A stretch of 61,126 nucleotides of DNA. It comes from a virus. Lineage: Duplodnaviria > Caudoviricetes. Shown here in pieces: positions 27,401 to 34,652 of this stretch. The stretch is taken from positions 1-61,126 of the IMG/VR virus record IMGVR_UViG_3300025305_000017. One strand, written 5' to 3'. The first letter of the stretch is position 1. Every line of letters starts with the position of its first letter. The position numbers were made by a program, and so were the translations under genes. The notes below the pieces were generated by a model. That model was given only the letters and a program-made list of their open reading frames with translations. It did not search any database and had not been told where the DNA came from.

Positions 27401-30400
27401 AAGATCAACATCCCCTGCGGTAGCACGCACAGCACGAGATGCTGCGAGATAGCCTAAATGGTACGGATTGTTTTCATCTATCTCTTCGCCATTATAAAAA
27501 ACACCGATTGGTTTATCCCGACTCAACTGATCCCAATATCTAAGACCCGGAACACCTTCGTCAGCCAACGCCAAAGAAAGAACCTTCTTGGCCTCTCCCC
27601 GCTCTATGCCTTGTTTCTTCTCAATCGCCTCAGTAAGCGCGCGATAAATACCATTAACGGTTCTCTTGGGGTCCAACTGGTATGGTATGTACTTCTGAGG
27701 CACTCCGCTTACCACATTGGTCAGAGCCTCCTGCACTTCTGGAGATTGCTTGTCGAATGCCAGATCAGCATCCATAAACAGCGCCATGTCGGCATCTGGA
27801 ACGTCTATTTCATAGAGGGTAGGCGCGTCTATGGCTGCCCTGACATCTGTACCAGCAGCAATCCATTGATCTATTAGTTGGAGTGCCTCAGAAGTAACTG
27901 CATCCGCTGCTGGTCCGATTTGATATACAAGCGAGTCTAACGATCCGCTTAAATAATCTCTCGCCAACTTTAATAACCGCTGTGGATCAGCACCTAGAGC
28001 TTTCTCTTCTTGTGGATTTCGATAACTACCAAAGAGATCGTTAAGCGCTGCTATTTTATGGCCCCGTTCATGGCTCACAATACCGGAGCTAAGGTCCACA
28101 GCACTGGGCCTAAGGTCTCCAGTCTCCCACCTACCCCGTAGAGATGGATGAGGAAGCGACCTACGCCCCCCTGCATACTCAAGAACCATTTGCAGAATGT
28201 AATTAGCATACGTTAATGGAGAAACCAGTTCCTCTAATGACGGCATTTCCGAGGCAGGCACCACGGGATAACGTCCCCCAACAGGTCTGAGGGGGTTGGG
28301 AAGAACGCCGCCTATTGCACCTTTGTATTCATCACCAAGATGTTGGAGACCCGGCTCTTCCCACGTTTTTTGAGGAACACCATCTATAACAATCTCCCTG
28401 ACAGCATCCTGATTCCTCCACTCCTGCGCACGATCAGCCCTATAAGCCGCACCCGTATCCCGCACCTGCCCCGCATAATAACCCCACCCCTCCATAGTGG
28501 TGTCCTCTCCAGTACCCTGAAAAGCCAGATCTGGCTTGCCGAACACCCGATCCAAAGCCTTACCCCACGGCACGGGACTACCGCTGAACGCGCGCGCCTC
28601 TTTAACCCCCTCCTGCTTTTCCTTCTCAAGCTTCTTACTTAGACTTTCCTCCAGTTCCTCTGGGAAGTCCTCTGTTCGCGCCCCAGTCGGAATAAAGCCA
28701 GCAGGAGTGGGATCAATGATGCGATCAAACACTTGCGCGGCGTTGTAGATTTTGGCGTCAGCAAGACCCCCCTTCAAATTCCTGAAGAAATTGAGGATAC
28801 GCTGCCATATTGTCAGGGGGCGGCCCTTGAGAAAGTTCTGCCCGCTGGCGTGTCCCCTGAACAACTCGGCAGCCACCTCTTCAAGCTGCTCCGTCTCAGA
28901 GAGATCGGAGTAAGTCTCGCGCACCACCTCCATGACGCTCTTAACGGAGCCATCGTCTCTAAGCTGCCCCGTCCAATGAGGAACTTCATTGGCCGCTTCT
29001 GTTAAAGCTTTTATATCGGCAGCATCCAATGTCTTCATATCGACCAGCGCATGGATGGTCTCGTGGTCAAGCAGACCAGCCATGTAACGAGCCATCCATT
29101 TGGGATTCTTGAGAGTGGCTGGAGGTAAGCCATCAAGAGCAATCAAGATCGCTCGCTTAACAGCGGCCTCTTGAGGAATAAATATCGCCTCGTCCCCAAC
29201 CTTCTGACCATATATGCCAGCAATGGTATCGGTAATTATCAGTGGTACCTTGTCTCCTAGATTAGAATACGAGCCAAAGCGACGTAGCAGGTTCTTGCGT
29301 ATCTGACTGAGGATGGCGGGGGTGATATCGGGCTTGATGGTGGCAGTCCGAACAGTATCGGTAAGAGTGGAGATATCTGGAATAATCTGCTTCTCGGCAG
29401 GACCGATGTCCACATGCACAGGATCAATAGCCGACGTAATGATCTCTTTGGTCTCTTCCAGAATAGCCGGTGCCTCTCCACCCACGTCTTCATCGACAGG
29501 ACTGATACCCGGCAGGGCAGCAGGCGGCGTTGCGTCAATGGTTTCTTCTATGATGGGGGGTTCGGGGAGGCGGGTAGTCGGGATAGCTGCCGCAGTCTCA
29601 TCCAGAATAGGAGGCTGTGGAATAGGCTCAAGAGGTATCGCTTCAGCCGTTTCTTCAAGGATCGCGGGCGGCGCGAGCGGCGGCCCCTCTTCTGCTACCG
29701 TTTCAAATTCTTCGGGGAGTCCTTCAGTGGGGTCGGGTGGGGGTACTGGATCCGGTGTGGGGCGAGCAAAGGGGCCACCCACGCTACCAACAAACCCACC
29801 AGTAAGGCCACCAATAGCAATGGCATTAGCAATATTCTCCACCCGCTGTGCCAACTGGATGTCTTCCGGGGAAGCGCCCGTAGCCTCGGTGTATTCACCC
29901 GTCGTCTCCTGAATGATCTGCTGCGCACCTTCGGTAAGCGCCTCTACAGTGAGGCCCTTCTTGCCGAACTGGAGCATCCGCTTGGCAACTGAGTGTGCGA
30001 TTTTTTCTTTGGTTTTTTTCCTGAAGGGAGCAGTGAGGGCAGAGAGACCGGCCATATCCAAAGCGGCCATCGCCACACCCGGACCCAAAGCTATGCTAGC
30101 CGCCGTGTCAGGATCTACCTTTTCCTGCTCAACCAGATAATCATAAGTATCGCCATAGTTCTGGAGGAAAGATCCCGTACCAGCCCCAACACGCATCCCT
30201 ACCCCTACGCCGATAGGGCCACCGGGTGCCCCTGCTATCCCACCAGCAACAGCACCAGCCAATGGCACACCTAAGGAAGCAACGCCTTGCCCTAATCCTT
30301 GACCGACGTAATCCAGAAAAGTATCAAGGTCTTTGATTTGAGTGAGGGAGGGGACGCGAGCAACAAAAGCTTCTTTATCAGGCTCTGCTTCAAAGTCACT

Positions 30401-30667
30401 GACGATCTCAGAACCCCAGTCAGTGACTGTATCTGAGCCAAAGAAACGACCCAGCCCTTCGATGGCGCGCCCAGCCAAACGTGGGTTCTCTTGGGTAAGA
30501 GTGCCCCAAAATGAGCCAGCGAATTGTTCACCAAACCCCGATTCGCTAGGCTGAGGAGGGGGAGCTTCGTAGGGGAATTGTTGATTGATGTACGCTAGAG
30601 CTTCATCTTGCGTAGCGTCATCAGGAAACGAGAACTGCTGCCCTTCAAATTCATAAAGCTGTGCCAT
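18458..30667 (-). CDS. Giant polyvalent virion/ejection protein (4069 aa) with C-terminal LPD38-like region
   Basis: HETIH zincin motif, ART-like, PBECR-like, SAM-dependent and glycosylase-like segments; C-terminal IKIPIPFEVG..FKTIPER and SPIKIDH..KGY.G motifs; last gene of the ejection module. Confidence 0.85.
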   Translation of the reverse strand: MAQLYEFEGQQFSFPDDATQDEALAYINQQFPYEAPPPQPSESGFGEQFAGSFWGTLTQENPRLAGRAIEGLGRFFGSDTVTDWGSEIVSDFEAEPDKEAFVARVPSLTQIKDLDTFLDYVGQGLGQGVASLGVPLAGAVAGGIAGAPGGPIGVGVGMRVGAGTGSFLQNYGDTYDYLVEQEKVDPDTAASIALGPGVAMAALDMAGLSALTAPFRKKTKEKIAHSVAKRMLQFGKKGLTVEALTEGAQQIIQETTGEYTEATGASPEDIQLAQRVENIANAIAIGGLTGGFVGSVGGPFARPTPDPVPPPDPTEGLPEEFETVAEEGPPLAPPAILEETAEAIPLEPIPQPPILDETAAAIPTTRLPEPPIIEETIDATPPAALPGISPVDEDVGGEAPAILEETKEIITSAIDPVHVDIGPAEKQIIPDISTLTDTVRTATIKPDITPAILSQIRKNLLRRFGSYSNLGDKVPLIITDTIAGIYGQKVGDEAIFIPQEAAVKRAILIALDGLPPATLKNPKWMARYMAGLLDHETIHALVDMKTLDAADIKALTEAANEVPHWTGQLRDDGSVKSVMEVVRETYSDLSETEQLEEVAAELFRGHASGQNFLKGRPLTIWQRILNFFRNLKGGLADAKIYNAAQVFDRIIDPTPAGFIPTGARTEDFPEELEESLSKKLEKEKQEGVKEARAFSGSPVPWGKALDRVFGKPDLAFQGTGEDTTMEGWGYYAGQVRDTGAAYRADRAQEWRNQDAVREIVIDGVPQKTWEEPGLQHLGDEYKGAIGGVLPNPLRPVGGRYPVVPASEMPSLEELVSPLTYANYILQMVLEYAGGRRSLPHPSLRGRWETGDLRPSAVDLSSGIVSHERGHKIAALNDLFGSYRNPQEEKALGADPQRLLKLARDYLSGSLDSLVYQIGPAADAVTSEALQLIDQWIAAGTDVRAAIDAPTLYEIDVPDADMALFMDADLAFDKQSPEVQEALTNVVSGVPQKYIPYQLDPKRTVNGIYRALTEAIEKKQGIERGEAKKVLSLALADEGVPGLRYWDQLSRDKPIGVFYNGEEIDENNPYHLGYLAASRAVRATAGDVDLALEQATASVERLQTSLALATEPAFGPKGRAANRRYTQNLRSTLRDARDLKETLEEWSADPGSIELRDSRTYNYVIWDQDVLDRSEVKSIDDVPVNQIASNLSVVNAEIPGLAALQEQAQTGNQDAIHLLQDIATDALTYLLSGIPTATFQILPSQGVYAGEGEPSVGLLVGFAEPDRQDTLVALKQFSTNFNQEQLHVLDGDPNNNIPGFVHPDGSYNTIAVRYLLPKPLSRAKIDEVIKSSGLPGLTVTDTYLEAYYWGDPNDTAAIQEFQQQANRARQSLGKSISRANRSIRRFWAYGSGFAATNGYQEISGTLRLPAYHEGNRTSHRIAQFLRGLPFATAVPQTTLTPEERTSFERIADNYDAMPDDDSGNPAVKRAYTELQRESISQFDALPVKVEVFEGEGEPYANSAAMRDDVMNNNHLYILKTDESDFSSNHPLIKQSGRVDMNGTFLLYNDVLRAVHDYYAHTMSPLSLGKFGGKAAYVNHARMMASPWARWALATETLGNNAWFNFHRLGIDPAKRADSLPIEERPFAPQKIGLLPIEDTMIGDPLIDEEMSAIDKEKVGRSRGRRFTGEEVAAAFAHSTYEPEVEEVRINPSRHVITRMAQKYRRDHAEGLVGRVGKRAELRFAYDNKGELYVWDAYVISHEGMAQLVRHVSNGQVKLPPSMGENTGYIHAELADDGSEIFEVYAPNWEGLSTQFNELDDLLLKRPVRELDDDGNPRVRLQGTPQTDLLFQPEPIETALDKFWRKQDFVSLPGIELHEENELNFIIGEWDNDPTIQNLRTLEALTIPSEGYLENPLGDAYRVYSRLLREDLGTLLGTPDAPNADLSAPISGWYVPFDDIGIAKDRAELGPPIDIQQDDVKFAVERSPTKRELIVETPTTPRGPSEDVERANVALDTYPDDVKLVAFRIDEEAFNAENRNAQRLADAIRERKVKQSRRYANLPASAFALETRRDIAGNPTIVWGRVRVAGNEYRVLVPRGTPQDFGLAHASEHDEEFAAFTPYKNATQGVAALLDAYWNREKGAPRNNPAITIDQGEKMRIASPTKIGIEWNDPASTHPIRGWFDLVVPEEMPGMPAHRGGLQRLALDTLEAGPFYYLETAHPVLPKATQRKVEALTKMEALGEYQFGDLSPEAIEASVNAFLAKGTKKPKMARSMVGSPPTMPKLELKKPAVTKMARVMTGTGRDYTDFFTAATLGVKHRPSTGNAYIPVIGLTDYFGVPALYDKWKGNFEHHIKTSIPGFGEVQLAVAEAIVNTYGDGSTMLDVGASEGALIKTITSLSGGAIKTTGIDPNIEMAKVFQKDPVPGSDYKLEAFGSREQEGTLAWAEDDGTPIYYFQPPKKYDVVHEAMVFQFISPDREPQIKRMKELAKKNGLVIIEEKVFEKDGMAARPAWDQKEAKKNKFKSRYYSVKEMTAKSRETLEGMHKNMISEEATEDILVDNFETVAQFWDSGNFKGYVASDSAAAVNKFLANLQSLDTEFATVETPRFILEPLRPSPVDELLRPSQVDMRIRQMAFENDVLSGVITEDTPGVDPGEVRAILADEANKVKEARRMVAGAVQLGEYPVLPRKPRAPTSRRTFTQLIKDAKSARNYRDWYERHRPILHELFGDDMQLFNDIISITSQQKRIDRNIDLALVVYEAIKTGDPLGILSKTATPKLLLDPVVDNINRLMGRLPSREGTLRERAGKPPTELPGGGARYFAGKKIPDMIQAMRDADEAVVVDRHIAQLLFNRDSPTEGMVLEAQRLITKVANELRWTPIETQAALWAFNQVRKGMDLNNVRDYEKALTERASRIKELVKRVQVTQRAGAGVRPRGAVAKGVAEGAKAKAARPFYDITDTQYDSLRGHGMRLTLDQRPDRATLTIQSGDNRIEVRGHPAVGSRYEGSRLDRIIDSIPQMANLSALFAGETRNISASMADPIIDALELEDEIQRRIFSSKEARSFIKDKAGKKAFEEERQRNVIAEDLRTPKYRKRVVRSRKGYTRKDKHKRPYQAARAFSFLNKEEGVGDVDLSMISAAQTTDETLGSKVLTNLGMLGSTPLDSYTDFFKWFRQSVVDMWDPARRTDVYLAESDTKYASFLSAASSAWTALRSARRGTAITAYALSKGVPVYANGGTSVKNIPKDAMQTNIDGSLSPSPIAGTPTGLIPIIEPLREGNRFRTFHAYAIGRRAARLLREGRERLLTQDQIIEYLGYGNTPLEIQRIIGDPALTEDAIARKIIATGQDTFLDFDQIFKNYQVWNSYFVDLLVDTGVIDRKKADQWTETADYVPFYRQLDQKYEEVLGETQVFSGITTRPPPPLSGKGTIWTIVTKETINGEEIVTRLPTTFESHQKAVAKGYAKKLKQEHPNLEVSVVEGGMPIGGFLDTLTENALAAVQTGMMNVGVQRAMRNLVLVEPETTVRAKIRTPGAITFRVKGKSMTLFVGDQLLFSSLFNYLEHQRIPPWVNLFGMPARFLREMITRSPDFMAANMLRDSLSAWVTSGRKTGALAGTMKGMYSAVRGDESANALASAGLMTGFDFGGDPTKMTTFIEKELQKYQYPSEMRRAIRNPFKYLWDVTGTGSRASDAATRIAVYNRVLKETGDEVQAFWEAQEVINFSARGSSALIQNIAVMVPFLNARIQGLDVLYRSSMGRPGFAARPESDIVKRRFLMRSLLVGMSSAAYWTLVHDDEEYINQNPEVKDNYWIIPSSWIPGYDGPPIKIPIPFEVGYLFKTIPERLMALFLGQDVPLDVTQSLRRGLVNTFEFNPIPQAVLPLGEALVNYSFWTGREIEGQYLKGIEPGYRYASRTSGLARELGEAINYSPIKIDHMIKGYGGTLGTVLLDTVDQLVRSVDDELGETQTRKLTEYPFIRRFFARPDARGLVTQFYQLREAVTQAVGTYDMLEKGELTIVKSEEFADKRAALLDLEQEVNAIAQILADLREERKSIMEGDMSGEEKRALIDDITQDELLAVQDLPAMRQEAFQLGR

Positions 30668-30684
30668 TCAGCAACTCATCACAT

Positions 30685-33159
30685 CTAGAATGGATAGACT
30701 TGTCGTGGCGCGGCAACAATGTCGCCACTGTTAGGATCACGAATAGTCGTGTGAACACCTGCTGCCGTCTGTGGAGCGACACCAGTAGCCGCTCTGATTT
30801 GTTCTAGTTCCTTTTTATATTCCTTTAATAGCTCTTTCTTCACCTTATCAGGATCATCTCCATACAGATCCTTTAGCCTACGTTCAACCCGTTTTCCTGC
30901 GAGGCTCCGTACCCACTGATGATAAGTTTGAAGGGAAGCCTTTGATGCAGCATAAGGAGATTGAGCACTGCCAGCGCCCCAAGCCTTTCTTATTGCTTCT
31001 CTTGCCCCGGGGAGGGGGTTACCGGGTTTACCATCGACATCCTCAAACCACCTTTTCCAATGAGGACTTTCCTTGTGGCTTGCTAATATATCTTCTTCAA
31101 ATCTCTGATAGGCGTCTGGTTTTCTCTTAAGAGCCGCCGCCTGTAATTCCAATGTAGCCCGTGCCAAGTCCTCTTTAGCACCCGCCGCTCTGGAGGCAGC
31201 TAATCCCTTCATGCCCTCCAAGCCACCTCGTCCCAATGAACCAAGGGCAGTTGCTCCGGGCAGTTGCGCTGCCGCCGCCGTCCCAAATCCAGCGCGCGCT
31301 AAAAATTCCCATAGATTCTGTTGGTCTCTTTCTTTTTGGCCCGCCAAGAGAGCACTCGCAGCAGAGGGTATTCCCGCAGCATCATCAACAGTAGCGTCAT
31401 CAAGTGCACCCGGCTTCCCAGCAGCCATATTCCTGAGAGCACCCTGCCTCCAACTTCCCGGCCCCCCGAAAGCAACGGTCCTCGCATAAGCTTCACCCAT
31501 ATCAGGAGGAGCAAAACCCGGCGGAGTAGATGCCGCTACTAACGGCCTCTCACTCTGACTCAGAGCTAACTGCAAGTTAGGTGGATCAGGAATAGGATCA
31601 GCAATTTTATAACCCCCGACAAAGGGCAATCCCCCAACTTTCTCAGCATAAATCCTCTTAAATGCTTCTTTATCCGCAGCACGTTGCTGCTCCATGTTTT
31701 TTCTGTATATCACATCGTTAATCGGGGCTGCTTCAGAAAAACGACCAGTCTGAATACCTGCAAGCTCTGGGACTAGAGGCTGTACTGTTGATGGCGGAGC
31801 ATCAGGCGAACCAGAAAGCACAGTCTCTTCCTTGAAGCGTTCAGGAACCGGCAGCCCAAGCCGCCCCACTAACCGCCTACCCGCGCCCCCTAAATCAATT
31901 GCGCCTTGTAGCACTTTTTCACCTATGCCACCCGCCTGACCTATGCTTGTGCCAGATGCTGCTACCTGTGGCAGTCCACCTGTAGCTCCAGTTGTAGCTC
32001 CAGACATGAACTGCGGCGGAAGCCATGTCCCAGATAAGGGAACTGCTTCCTCAATTCGATTTAACCAATCCACGGCCATCAGCGTTTCATCAGGTGACAC
32101 AATAGGTTGTTCAGCAAGCTGTACTGGAGGCTGTGCTGTAGGCACCGCAGAAATAGCAGCCTCTTCTTCTGTTAGCGGTTTATCCCCGGCAGTAAAGAAA
32201 ACATTCCCGCCAATATCCACCTTATCAGGTGTCAAGGGCGTTGTGAGGTTGCCTTGAGAATCATAGAAATCTTTAAGACTCTTGCTAATAGTCCCTCGTT
32301 TGGCAGTTAAGGTGGGGTTCTCAAAATTGAGCGAGCCACCAACAGGATTCGCCGCATTGAACGACCGCCCATCAAAGAGCGCCCCCGACACGAAGTATCT
32401 CGTCCAGCCGCTTGCTGGTAAAAGCTTGTCTACATCATGTCCTGCCTTCCCCACTGGCTCAAATTGTTGTTTTGCTTCAAGAACTTCCTTAACACTATCC
32501 CCCCATTTGCCATCTCTGAGACGATTTATAATTACTGCCGTTACTGCAAATATGCCCTTTACATCATCCCCAGTTTCCTGATCAACAACCCTCGCAATTC
32601 TGTCTTTATCTTCATCAGTTAGGCTCTCAATCACCTCCTCAATAGACTTAACCCTACCTCCCTTAGCCATCCTCACAACACCACCTTGCTCCATCATCAT
32701 GGGGGGAACAGCCTGACGGGCCATTGGTGGAGGCACTGCTCTGGCAAGAGCCTGCATCTGAGGAGGAACACCCGGTGACATCTGCCGTTGGGGTAGCGCC
32801 CTGATACCCTGCTGGGCTTGCGGGGGCATACGTCCCTGCATCATCTGAGGAGGAGGCCCCTGCATCATTTGAGGTGGAGGACGGCCCTGCATCATCTGAG
32901 GTGGACGGCCCTGCATCATAGCCTGCGGCCCCATTAGAGGACGGGGCTGCTGTGGTGATGCGCCACTAATAACATCATCAGCAACCGTAGTCTCCGCTTC
33001 CTCTACATCAGCCCTATAGGCGTCTTCCATACGCTTACGGCGATCCAACTCACTAATGATTAAATATGTATCAACAGCCCCGGGGTTCTGTACTTGCTGT
33101 AGCAAAACTTCCTTAGAAAGACCCTTCAGAATCTCTGTTATCTGTAAGATATTGGTCAT
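30685..33159 (-). CDS. Ejection protein with SleB/Hydrolase_2 cell-wall hydrolase domain
   Basis: IARVV..E....G..AV.AVI.NRL..G.W..SV..V....QFE; P/Q/M-rich repeat; start reassigned to ATG 33159 (MTNILQ). Confidence 0.75.
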   Translation of the reverse strand: MTNILQITEILKGLSKEVLLQQVQNPGAVDTYLIISELDRRKRMEDAYRADVEEAETTVADDVISGASPQQPRPLMGPQAMMQGRPPQMMQGRPPPQMMQGPPPQMMQGRMPPQAQQGIRALPQRQMSPGVPPQMQALARAVPPPMARQAVPPMMMEQGGVVRMAKGGRVKSIEEVIESLTDEDKDRIARVVDQETGDDVKGIFAVTAVIINRLRDGKWGDSVKEVLEAKQQFEPVGKAGHDVDKLLPASGWTRYFVSGALFDGRSFNAANPVGGSLNFENPTLTAKRGTISKSLKDFYDSQGNLTTPLTPDKVDIGGNVFFTAGDKPLTEEEAAISAVPTAQPPVQLAEQPIVSPDETLMAVDWLNRIEEAVPLSGTWLPPQFMSGATTGATGGLPQVAASGTSIGQAGGIGEKVLQGAIDLGGAGRRLVGRLGLPVPERFKEETVLSGSPDAPPSTVQPLVPELAGIQTGRFSEAAPINDVIYRKNMEQQRAADKEAFKRIYAEKVGGLPFVGGYKIADPIPDPPNLQLALSQSERPLVAASTPPGFAPPDMGEAYARTVAFGGPGSWRQGALRNMAAGKPGALDDATVDDAAGIPSAASALLAGQKERDQQNLWEFLARAGFGTAAAAQLPGATALGSLGRGGLEGMKGLAASRAAGAKEDLARATLELQAAALKRKPDAYQRFEEDILASHKESPHWKRWFEDVDGKPGNPLPGAREAIRKAWGAGSAQSPYAASKASLQTYHQWVRSLAGKRVERRLKDLYGDDPDKVKKELLKEYKKELEQIRAATGVAPQTAAGVHTTIRDPNSGDIVAAPRQVYPF

Positions 33160-33163
33160 AGCG

Positions 33164-34246
33164 CTATCCAGTAAGGGTTTTGTAAGCACCAAGAGCACCA
33201 AGGCCAGCACCAGCCAACTGACCCGTAAATGATCCCGGTGCTTGGTATTGGTAAACCTCGGACTGAGGTGTAACGGGCACTCCCTGTAATAGGCCAGCCA
33301 AGAACTGAAGCTGCCTACGCTCAAAGTCCCGCTGATTAAGGAAGTCCTGATAGGCCAAATCAAGGTTGGCCTGATCCATTTTCTGATAAGCAGCCCCCAC
33401 TCCCTGCAACGCCCCAGCTTGAGAAAGCTGTTGCTGTAATATTTGAGGGTCCATTCCAGCGGCGGCAGCCGCAGCCTGTAATCCATACTGCGCCTCCTGC
33501 AACCTCTCTGCTCCCCCAAGTTGAGCAGCCTGTACGCGAGCAGCACGATCCCGCTGGAACTGATCCATTGCCTGCTGTTGAGCTAAACGAAATCCCTCCG
33601 AGCGTTGACGGCTTTCAAGATCGCCCATACGCTCCTCGAATTGACCGCGTGCCAATGATTCTTCCACGGCAGCACGGCTTCCCGTGCGCGTTCCACGCCC
33701 CACACGGGCAGCTTCCCTTTGCTGGGCCTGTAACCCAAACTGCGTTTCAGCACTCCTCCGCTGCCCACCAAGAACATCCTCCAAATAGGGATCAAAATAG
33801 TCCTTATAATCATAAGATGGCCTGTATTCCCCTATAAGCCCGCTGTAGCCCTGTGCTTGAAATGGGCGTGGTCCGAACCCGGCAGCAGGAGAAGGCCCCT
33901 CAGCACCCCCTACAGGAGCCTGAGGAGGCGCCCCCACCTCACCAGCAGGGGGTGGGGGAGCATACGGACGGTTAAGAATATTGGAGTAATAGTCCTGCGC
34001 AGCGTACATTCCCTGAGGAGCGGTTGCGCCTGCCTGTGTCTGCAACCCAAATCCTAGGCTCTGCTCCGGTGCAAATGGGGCAATGCGTGGTCCCGGGTAA
34101 CCCAAATAGGGCTGATCGGTAACCGTTTCGCCTCGCGTTAAAAGACGCTCGTAGTAAGGCTGTGCGTATTCGGGAAGACTAGTCTGTGTAACCGTGCTCT
34201 TAGTGGGCGTAGGGTTGACACCCCCGCCACCTCCACCTTTACTCAT
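33164..34246 (-). CDS. DNA transfer/pilot (ejection) protein
   Basis: MSKGGGG start, LPEYAQPY, Gln/Ala-rich, Gly-rich hydrophobic C-terminus. Confidence 0.65.
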   Translation of the reverse strand: MSKGGGGGGVNPTPTKSTVTQTSLPEYAQPYYERLLTRGETVTDQPYLGYPGPRIAPFAPEQSLGFGLQTQAGATAPQGMYAAQDYYSNILNRPYAPPPPAGEVGAPPQAPVGGAEGPSPAAGFGPRPFQAQGYSGLIGEYRPSYDYKDYFDPYLEDVLGGQRRSAETQFGLQAQQREAARVGRGTRTGSRAAVEESLARGQFEERMGDLESRQRSEGFRLAQQQAMDQFQRDRAARVQAAQLGGAERLQEAQYGLQAAAAAAGMDPQILQQQLSQAGALQGVGAAYQKMDQANLDLAYQDFLNQRDFERRQLQFLAGLLQGVPVTPQSEVYQYQAPGSFTGQLAGAGLGALGAYKTLTG

Positions 34247-34652
34247 AGCCTTTCTCCGTAATAAAGAACGTCGCGTTCCATCCGATGTCTCTCAATGCGC
34301 GAACCCATCCCCTGCGTCCCGTCAGTTCAATGCCTGCGCAACCATGATCCATACCCCACCTTTGCAGCATCTCATCAAGATCCCCCATCCATTCCATTAA
34401 ACGGGTGCCACCCAGAAACTGGCCCGTCAGCATTCTCTTGCGCGGGTACTGCGTGAATGTGGTGGTACATGTTGCGATAATCTCGTCCTCATCCAACACC
34501 ACCCACAGGTGGCTCTCTTGTGTGACTACCAAATGGTACACATCCTCAAGAGTGAACCTTCCTAAGGACTGCTCCACAGCAGGCTTGAGCAACGGAGCGA
34601 CTTCATCCCAACACTCCGCCACCCTATCGTAGGGGACAATGGAAACCTTCAC
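34239..34652 (-). CDS. GNAT-fold virion-module protein
   Basis: YPRKR...FLGG...GC.GIE..GRRGW motif. Confidence 0.6.
   Translation of the reverse strand: MKVSIVPYDRVAECWDEVAPLLKPAVEQSLGRFTLEDVYHLVVTQESHLWVVLDEDEIIATCTTTFTQYPRKRMLTGQFLGGTRLMEWMGDLDEMLQRWGMDHGCAGIELTGRRGWVRALRDIGWNATFFITEKGYE

Noticed and set aside
33160-33546. Extended start of the 953-aa ORF
   Set aside because: Overlaps the upstream gene by ~380 nt; ATG 33159 just after the upstream stop is more plausible.
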